DNA of 32,000 nt from Acaryochloris marina S15 (GTDB lineage: Bacteria; Cyanobacteriota; Cyanobacteriia; Thermosynechococcales; Thermosynechococcaceae), in contig NZ_CP064923.1 of the NCBI RefSeq assembly GCF_018336915.1, forward strand, positions 2,340,001 through 2,372,000, in the 5' to 3' direction. Each line of letters begins with the position of its first letter. Position 1 is the stretch's first letter. The notes beneath the pieces were generated by a model that did not search any database, was not told the origin of the DNA, and saw only the letters and a list, made by a program, of their open reading frames with translations. Below are positions 25,839 to 32,000 of the stretch, piece after piece. The position numbers and the translations under genes were made by a program.

Positions 25839-27053
25839 ATGACAACTTTGCCGAATAAAACCCTAAAGTCCAATATTTTGGTCGTTGATGATTCGGCAGA
25901 AAATCTGCGTATCCTCTCCAGCATGCTGACGGAAGAAGGATTCGCAGTTCGCTGTGCTCGCAGTGGTCTTATGGCTTTGACAACGTTACAAAATACTCGT
26001 GCCGATTTAATATTGCTAGATATTAAAATGCCTCAAATGTCAGGTTATGAGGTATGTGAACATCTAAAGGCGGATCCCGTTACCCGTGAAATCCCAGTAA
26101 TTTTTATCAGCGCTCTAGATGAAGCGATGGATAAAGTTAGAGCGTTTCAATTGGGTGGTGTTGACTACATTACTAAGCCTTTTGAATTGCCTGAAGTACT
26201 GGCACGGATTGAAAATCAAATTACCATTAGTCGCTTAAGAACACAGCTGCAAAACCAACAGCGAAAACTGCTCAGACAGAATCAAGAATTAATGCGGTCA
26301 AACCGAGAATTAGAGCAGTTTGCCCATGTGATGTCTCATGATTTGAAGCAACCTTTACAAAGTTTTCTCTTCGCCATCGGACTCGTTGAACAATGCTGCC
26401 AATCGAATACTAACCCCAAGGTGTTTGAATATTTAAAACGCTTGCGAGATACCAGCGGGACGATGCAGAAGCTCATTGATGCTTTGCTGGATTATGCTCG
26501 AGTCGGCAATGAAGAGCTGGCTGTTGAGGAAATTGCCTGTGAATCTATTTTGGCCATGGTGCTCGATAACCTTCAGGTAGAAATTACTGAGAAATCTGCT
26601 GTTATTCACCATGACTCTTTGCCGACCATCATGGCAGATAGGAACCAAATAATGCAGCTCTTCTATCACCTCATCACTAATGCCTTGAAATTTCAGCCCC
26701 CTAATAACAAACCGGACATTAAAATTTCAGTGAGTTTGTTGCCACAAGATGTGGCTGAGAAAACAGGCAGTACTGGGTATCTGTCTTTTGGGAATTATGA
26801 TCAGCAGGATAACCATAAAGCTCAAAGTTACCTGTTTAGTATTCATGACAACGGTATTGGTTTAGATAGTGACCAAGTTGAGTTGATTTTTGAGGTCTTC
26901 CAAAGACTTAACTCAGATGACTATTCAGGGACAGGCATGGGATTGGCAACCTGCAAGAAAATTCTAGAACGTCATAATGGCAGAATCTGGGTGGAGTCTG
27001 AAATGGGTAAAGGCACAAATGTGTACTTTACATTGCCCCAAAATCCTGCCTGA
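25839..27053 (+). CDS. Hybrid two-component protein: N-terminal receiver, coiled coil, HisKA and HATPase_c (no recognisable sensor domain)
   Basis: 404-aa ORF. The REC domain shows ILVVDDS, LILLDIKMP and ITKPF. The H-box is FAHVMSHDLKQPL. The N, G1 and G2 boxes are NALKF, DNGIGL and GTGMGLATCKKI. Confidence 0.9.
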   Translation: MTTLPNKTLKSNILVVDDSAENLRILSSMLTEEGFAVRCARSGLMALTTLQNTRADLILLDIKMPQMSGYEVCEHLKADPVTREIPVIFISALDEAMDKVRAFQLGGVDYITKPFELPEVLARIENQITISRLRTQLQNQQRKLLRQNQELMRSNRELEQFAHVMSHDLKQPLQSFLFAIGLVEQCCQSNTNPKVFEYLKRLRDTSGTMQKLIDALLDYARVGNEELAVEEIACESILAMVLDNLQVEITEKSAVIHHDSLPTIMADRNQIMQLFYHLITNALKFQPPNNKPDIKISVSLLPQDVAEKTGSTGYLSFGNYDQQDNHKAQSYLFSIHDNGIGLDSDQVELIFEVFQRLNSDDYSGTGMGLATCKKILERHNGRIWVESEMGKGTNVYFTLPQNPA

Positions 27054-27346
27054 TAGATTGGATGTAAAGGGCTAAGTTTTAATTTTTAAAAATAATAGAA
27101 GGCAAGTCTTAAGAGACTAGATATCTTTTGGCTTATGACAAAGAATTGGAGTACTAAATCTGTAGAATTAGTTTTCTTCTTTATGTCTTATAACCTATCT
27201 ATATCTTGTAAAGTATCTGCCAGTTTGGCTTGATCTTAATAGCATCTATTTGCTTTTATACCTATAGCTAACTATTTCAAATTTTCCCCATTGGCAGTTT
27301 GAACTCACATTATTTTCATCGCTAATATTTTTTTGAAGGTTATTTT

Positions 27347-28948
27347 ATGCTTATCTCCACAAGAAAATATCCGGTTGCAACCGAGGAGTCTGATGTCGAT
27401 TTAGTTATATTTGGGGGCAATGGTGATGGGATATCTAATTCCTCGAAAATAGGGGGCACATTTGATTTTCCCCTCGATAATATTGAGCTGACAGCGGAAG
27501 ACTGGCCTGAAGGTAGAGCAGAAAGGCAAATCAACCCCACAGAAGAGATTCGAAATGTCCCTCCGGGGATATTATTAGCTAGCAGCCCTGTTGTGCCTGC
27601 ACTTTCTCTAGAGCAGATGGATAGTGCTGGTTTTCCAGTTCGAGTGGCTTCTGTACTCACTGCAAACCAAGAAGTTACACCTAGCAATAACCCTGATGCC
27701 AGGGGAACCTCTATTCTCCAATTAAATGCAGGTGGAGATGCCTTAAGTTATCAATTAACGGTCTTTGGTTTAGATTTCGGCAGGTTTATTGGGGATGGAA
27801 CCCCCTTTACTGCAGATATTAGTGATGATGTGACCAAGGTTCATATCCATAATGCGATTAGGGGTGAGAATGGCCCCTTAGCCTTTGCGCCCATCGATTT
27901 AAGTGATCCAGCCATTGATGATCAGGATGCCGATGATTTGCAGTTCCAGCGGAATGTAGATGGATCTGTTACTTTGACCGGACGATGGGAGTTAACGGAT
28001 CCAGCCTTAATTTCCCTGAGCGAGTTTGTTGATGACTTTCGCAATGTAGAAAGGGGGGGCAACATCCCCTTATACTGGAATGTCCATACTGAAGGCTCTC
28101 CATCGGGTGCCATTCGAGGCCAACTTCTAGAACGTGGATTCCAGCCTCCAGTGCGTCTTTCATCAGAGTTAACGGCTGGTCAAGAAGTAACTCCCAGCAA
28201 TAATCCTGAAGCGTCTGGGCAGTCAGTTCTGGAATTGAATCGTGCGGGCGATGCCTTGAGCTATACGCTCACTGTCTTTGGTTTAGATTTTGGACAGTTT
28301 ATTGGCGATGGTACTGCCTTTACGGCTGATACGAGTGACGATGTCACCAAAGTCCATATCCATAATGCGATTAGGGGTGAAAATGGTCCTCTTGCCTTTG
28401 CTCTCATTGATTTAGAAGATTTAACGGTTAACGATCAAGATAGTGACGATCTAAGGATTTCCCGTAATGAAGATGGTTCAGTGACCTTACAAGGCATGTG
28501 GGAAACCTCTGATCCATCCCTGATTCCATTGAGTGATTTTGTGAATACAATCCGGGGCACAGCCGCTAGTGAGGATATTCCTTTGTATTGGAATATTCAT
28601 ACTGTTGGCTCTGCGCCTGGGGCCATTCGTGGACAATGGCAACCAGATGGTCTGATGGGAGAGGACTTGCCCAATATGCTTGTGGCTGACAACTCTCAGA
28701 CTTCCCTGCAAGGAAGTGGGAGCTACGATCGCTTTGTCCTGGGGGAGGACGTAGTTGAAGATAATCTTCAGCAACAGTTTGTTTTTAAGGATTTTGATGG
28801 TTTGGATGAACTGGATTTAGGATCAGCAACCTTGCTGTCAACTACTGTGATTAGCCATGACCGAATGACTGCCAGCTTGAGTAGTGGGGATACTCTGACT
28901 GTGCAAGGTGACATTACCGCAGCTCAAAACCAGATGTTGACTTTATAG
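27347..28948 (+). CDS. Protein with two tandem CHRD domains and an RTX-like C-terminal tail
   Basis: 533-aa ORF. It has two modules of about 163 aa, each with L(T/S)..QEV(T)PSNNP, LSYxLTVFGLDF, VHIHNAIRGENGPLAF, IPLYWN(V/I)HT and GAIRGQ. That is the CHRD pattern (HIHxG..G, NxHT, GxIRGQ). The start is uncertain because there is no SD and the upstream region is AT-rich. Confidence 0.8.
   Translation: MLISTRKYPVATEESDVDLVIFGGNGDGISNSSKIGGTFDFPLDNIELTAEDWPEGRAERQINPTEEIRNVPPGILLASSPVVPALSLEQMDSAGFPVRVASVLTANQEVTPSNNPDARGTSILQLNAGGDALSYQLTVFGLDFGRFIGDGTPFTADISDDVTKVHIHNAIRGENGPLAFAPIDLSDPAIDDQDADDLQFQRNVDGSVTLTGRWELTDPALISLSEFVDDFRNVERGGNIPLYWNVHTEGSPSGAIRGQLLERGFQPPVRLSSELTAGQEVTPSNNPEASGQSVLELNRAGDALSYTLTVFGLDFGQFIGDGTAFTADTSDDVTKVHIHNAIRGENGPLAFALIDLEDLTVNDQDSDDLRISRNEDGSVTLQGMWETSDPSLIPLSDFVNTIRGTAASEDIPLYWNIHTVGSAPGAIRGQWQPDGLMGEDLPNMLVADNSQTSLQGSGSYDRFVLGEDVVEDNLQQQFVFKDFDGLDELDLGSATLLSTTVISHDRMTASLSSGDTLTVQGDITAAQNQMLTL
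27641..28126 (+). repeat. CHRD-coding tandem repeat, copy 1
   Basis: This copy is clearly similar to 28151-28639 at the DNA level. For example, gttcatatccataatgcgattaggggtgagaatggcccc matches gtccatatccataatgcgattaggggtgaaaatggtcct. Confidence 0.85.
28151..28639 (+). repeat. CHRD-coding tandem repeat, copy 2
   Basis: Copy 2 lies about 510 nt downstream of copy 1. The encoded domains share long identical blocks (TVFGLDFG, VTKVHIHNAIRGENGPLAF, DGSVTL, GAIRGQ). Confidence 0.85.
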
Positions 28949-28979
28949 GCATGGGGTGAACTGAAGTAACCAATAGATG

Positions 28980-29030
28980 ATGCCGTTATTGACAGATGGA
29001 GTTATGTTCCTTCTTCATCAATAACGGCAT
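28980..29030. terminator. 13-bp inverted repeat spanning the SNF2 stop codon, between convergent genes
   Basis: ATGCCGTTATTGA (28980-28992) pairs with TCAATAACGGCAT (29018-29030). The loop is 25 nt, which is long for an intrinsic terminator. Confidence 0.25.
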
Positions 29031-32000
29031 TCCGGTCTAGTAACAGCAGATTACGGAGCTGATCTGTATCGAGGTCGGTTAACCAGTTCTCTCCTGCACC
29101 GACGACCTGGTCTGCCAGTGCTTTTTTGCTTTCAAGTTGTTCATGAATCCGCTCTTCTAAGGTGCCAGTGCAGACAAATTTGTGCACCTGGACGTTGCGA
29201 GTTTGGCCAATCCGAAAAACCCGGTCTGTGGCCTGATTCTCTACGGCGGGGTTCCACCAGCGATCGAAATGAAAAACATGATTAGCACGGGTGAGGTTGA
29301 GGCCCACTCCACCTGCCTTTAAGGACAGAATAAAGATACGAGGTCCTTGGGGATCATGTTGGAATCGATCAATCATCGATTCTCGCTGTTTCTTGCTGCT
29401 GCCTCCATAGAGAAGTAATGTTTCTCGCTGTAACTTAGTTTGTAAATACTGTTGGAGCAGTTTGCCTAACGCTGCAAACTGAGTAAATATCAACGCCCGG
29501 TCCCCTTCATCTAGTAATTCTTCTAGCATTTCTTGCAGCCGCTTCAATTTGCCTGAACGCTGTAAATCAAGATCTAAAGTCTCTTCATGCAAAAACTGAG
29601 CAGGATGATTGCAAATCTGCTTGAGTTTGACCAATGTCGCTAAGATAATCCCTCGACGCTGGATTCCCTTGGCAGCATCTACTGCATCCAACGACTCCTG
29701 AACCGTGGTTTGGTAAAGCTTCGCTTGTTCAGGAGTCAAGCTGCAAAAGACAGTCATTTCCTGTTTTTCAGGTAAGTCTTGGATGATGTCTCGGTCTGTT
29801 TTGGTTCGACGTAGGATAAAGGGTTGGACGAGGGATCGCAACGTCGTCAACGATGCTGTATCACCGTATCGCTCAATGGGGGTAGCAAATCGTCGTTGGA
29901 AAAAGGGCTTAGGTCCGAGATAGCCCGGATTCAGAAAATCAAGAATAGACCAGAGCTCCGTTAAGCGATTTTCTAAGGGGGTACCCGTCAGGGCAATTCG
30001 CACTTTAGCTTGCAGATTACGGACTGCCTGGGATTGTCTGGCCTCAGAGTTTTTGATATTTTGAGCCTCATCTAAGACAATTCCCTGCCAGGTGAGGGCT
30101 GATAAGGTTTTTTCATCCCGAAAGACTAGCGGATAACTAGTAATGACTAAATCTAAGGGTTTGATTTTTTTGAGGAAGGTTTTGCCTTGGGGGCGCCCCG
30201 AACCGTGGTGCACTACTACCTTTAACTTGGGGCCAAACCGATGCACTTCTCGCTCCCAATTCCCCAACACAGAGGTGGGACAAACGAGTAACATCGGACC
30301 TGTTAGTCGACCTTCATTTTTTAGGTGTAAGAGATAGGCAATAAACTGTACGGTTTTCCCCAGGCCCATATCATCTGCTAAACAAGCGCCAAGTCCCCAT
30401 TGCTCTAGAAAAGTCAGCCAGCCCACCCCTCTGGCTTGATAGGGGCGTAAACTTCCCTCAAAACCAGGGGGTTCAGAAATGGCTGTTAAGGTTTGGTTGC
30501 CACTGAGGGTCGTCAGTAATGCTTCTAAGGACCCCGATGCCTCAAAACTGACCACCGGGAGTTTATCGATGGTTAAGGTATCCCCGGTACTGATGCGGAG
30601 GGCATCTTCCAAGGACAAGCCAGTTTTGTTTTGGCGAGAGGCGAAGAAATTTTGAGCTGCTTTGATATCCTGAGGTCTAAATTCAACCCATTCGCCATTA
30701 ATTTCTACTAAGGGAGATTCCTGGGCAACCAACTGATCAAATTCGACTTTAGACAAAGTTTGCCCCCCAATGGCGAGCTCCCACTGAAAATTCAATAAAC
30801 TGTCTAAGCCAATAGAACTGTCATTGCGAGATTGTGCAGCGGCTTTAATTTGCAATCCCAGCCGGTTTGCCATGGCATTTTGGTCTGACAAACTGGGAGG
30901 CAACATGACTCCAAACCCACTATCTTCTAGCCGCCATGCTGCTGCTTTGATAAAGTCATAGGCTTGGGTCGGAGATAAGCCTAATTTTGTCGGTCGTGCC
31001 CCTTGTAAGCTTTCTTCTAGCAAGGGGTAAACCCGGGAGGCCAATCCCAGTCCTTGCAACAACGTTTCTTGGGGACGCTCAATCTTTCGGCCTAAATAAT
31101 CCATTTGTTCTGAAGTCGTATTCCAAACCACCTCTGCGGTGACTAGAAATGTTGGATCATCCGTCGCTTGTAAAAAGTACTCTACTTTCCAGTGTGTATG
31201 ACCTGTTGGGGGTTGTAAATAGAAACAGGCGCGATACTGCTGTTCTTGAAGACTTTGTTCAATGGGGCGTAACCATTGATTTAGGGTCTCAACCCAGGTG
31301 CCACAGTTTTCTTTTGTCTCTTTGAGAACGGAGCTAGATGAACTCAAGGCCGGTAGCCATTGCCCAAACGTTGAGTCAACCCCTGCCTTTTGCATTGAGG
31401 TGATGAACTCATCATCAATTCCTTGGCGGACCTGATGGTCAATAATATGGGTTAAAAAATCCGTCAGCAGATATCCCGCTTTGGTCGGCAATGCCACTGC
31501 TGGTGCTTGAGTAACAGTGGCTTGATAAAACAGACAAGCTTGAGGCATCCCTTTAACGAACTGTTGAAACCGCTGTCGATCCGTCGCGCTATCCAGTAAG
31601 GGTTGCCAGTAGAAGTGGCAGGATTGGTCTGTTTGGGCCTGAATCGAGGGAATAAATTTCGAACGGGTGAGTAAATCTAGCCCCCAACGGACTGAATGGC
31701 ACCAAAAAAGGAGCTCTTCCCCTAGAAAAGCCTCCTCATCCGTGCTGGTGTGTAGGGGAAGTCCGGCTAAGAAATCTAATGCTTGCTCAGGAGGGAGTTC
31801 TAAACCTTGTACTTCGAAAGGGTGCAGTTCATAGGACTCATCTTCATCTAATACAGTAGATGAGTGAAACGGGATCAGTCTTTCTTCCTCGGTATAGGCG
31901 GGCAAAGTAACCGTTTGAGCATTCCAAGAGGCTGTGCTGGGAGACGCTGTAGGGGAACGAGTTTTTGCAGATCGGGCTTTTTTACGCTTTGGGGGTGAAT
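29002..32000 (-). CDS. SNF2-family helicase/ATPase with a long N-terminal accessory region (5' end runs off the right edge)
   Basis: Motifs present are LRPYQARGVGWL, DDMGLGKT (I), LDEAQNIKN (II), LTGTPLENRL (III), LIFTQF and GGVGLNLTRANHVFHFDRWWNPAVENQATDRVFRIGQ (V/VI). The track start at 31905 is a TTG. The same frame stays open upstream to position 32000 (..SPPKRKKARSAKTRSPTASPSTASWNAQTVT-LPAYTEE), so the gene is probably longer than 967 aa. Confidence 0.92.
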   Translation of the reverse strand, partial: SPPKRKKARSAKTRSPTASPSTASWNAQTVTLPAYTEEERLIPFHSSTVLDEDESYELHPFEVQGLELPPEQALDFLAGLPLHTSTDEEAFLGEELLFWCHSVRWGLDLLTRSKFIPSIQAQTDQSCHFYWQPLLDSATDRQRFQQFVKGMPQACLFYQATVTQAPAVALPTKAGYLLTDFLTHIIDHQVRQGIDDEFITSMQKAGVDSTFGQWLPALSSSSSVLKETKENCGTWVETLNQWLRPIEQSLQEQQYRACFYLQPPTGHTHWKVEYFLQATDDPTFLVTAEVVWNTTSEQMDYLGRKIERPQETLLQGLGLASRVYPLLEESLQGARPTKLGLSPTQAYDFIKAAAWRLEDSGFGVMLPPSLSDQNAMANRLGLQIKAAAQSRNDSSIGLDSLLNFQWELAIGGQTLSKVEFDQLVAQESPLVEINGEWVEFRPQDIKAAQNFFASRQNKTGLSLEDALRISTGDTLTIDKLPVVSFEASGSLEALLTTLSGNQTLTAISEPPGFEGSLRPYQARGVGWLTFLEQWGLGACLADDMGLGKTVQFIAYLLHLKNEGRLTGPMLLVCPTSVLGNWEREVHRFGPKLKVVVHHGSGRPQGKTFLKKIKPLDLVITSYPLVFRDEKTLSALTWQGIVLDEAQNIKNSEARQSQAVRNLQAKVRIALTGTPLENRLTELWSILDFLNPGYLGPKPFFQRRFATPIERYGDTASLTTLRSLVQPFILRRTKTDRDIIQDLPEKQEMTVFCSLTPEQAKLYQTTVQESLDAVDAAKGIQRRGIILATLVKLKQICNHPAQFLHEETLDLDLQRSGKLKRLQEMLEELLDEGDRALIFTQFAALGKLLQQYLQTKLQRETLLLYGGSSKKQRESMIDRFQHDPQGPRIFILSLKAGGVGLNLTRANHVFHFDRWWNPAVENQATDRVFRIGQTRNVQVHKFVCTGTLEERIHEQLESKKALADQVVGAGENWLTDLDTDQLRNLLLLDRNAVIDEEGT

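Noticed and set aside
27340-27687. 115-aa minus-strand ORF opposite the N-terminal part of the CHRD gene
   Set aside because: It has no motifs and is antisense to the long CHRD frame. However, the first ~90 codons of the CHRD ORF are themselves weakly supported, so the true CHRD start could be further downstream, for example the ATG at 27617.
27641-28639. The tandem 510-bp repeat as a possible DGR template/variable repeat pair or a CRISPR-like array
   Set aside because: There are only two copies, both in frame within one protein and encoding complete CHRD domains. The window has no reverse transcriptase, and differences are not restricted to adenine positions as far as I can see.
1-32000. 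Search for tRNA, rRNA, tmRNA, CRISPR arrays, prophage or integrase genes
   Set aside because: I found no cloverleaf-like T-arm strings, no short direct repeats at regular spacing, and no integrase, capsid or terminase-like ORFs. The only mobile element is the IS630-family copy.

Overview
This is a chromosomal segment from a cyanobacterium. The evidence is 13 exact HIP1 (GCGATCGC) palindromes, a CpcS-family phycobilin lyase, and eukaryotic-type Ser/Thr kinases with TPR or SH3b modules. Most of the window is ordinary, densely packed housekeeping: metK, der (engA), htpG, S-formylglutathione hydrolase, an IMPase-family protein, an ABCD/SbmA-type ABC half-transporter, methyltransferases, a HAD hydrolase and a GT2 glycosyltransferase. 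Two large ORFs run off the window edges and are missing or truncated in the supplied ORF track. One is a Ser/Thr kinase (1-1376, minus). The other is an SNF2-family helicase (29002 to beyond 32000, minus). Accessory content falls into four groups. (1) A small same-strand cluster at about 5.9-7.9 kb holds higBA, an S1/OB-like small protein and a GNAT. (2) An intact 1234-bp IS630-family element with a TA target duplication splits an MFS transporter gene, and the frame can be restored exactly. (3) A protein with two tandem CHRD domains has no signal peptide and has an RTX-like C-terminal tail. (4) A 388-aa His-rich protein has no function I can assign. I found no rRNA, tRNA, CRISPR array or recognisable riboswitch. 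I do not see a convincing novel multi-gene system. The leads in the findings are hypotheses that need HMM, structure or neighbourhood checks I cannot run here.
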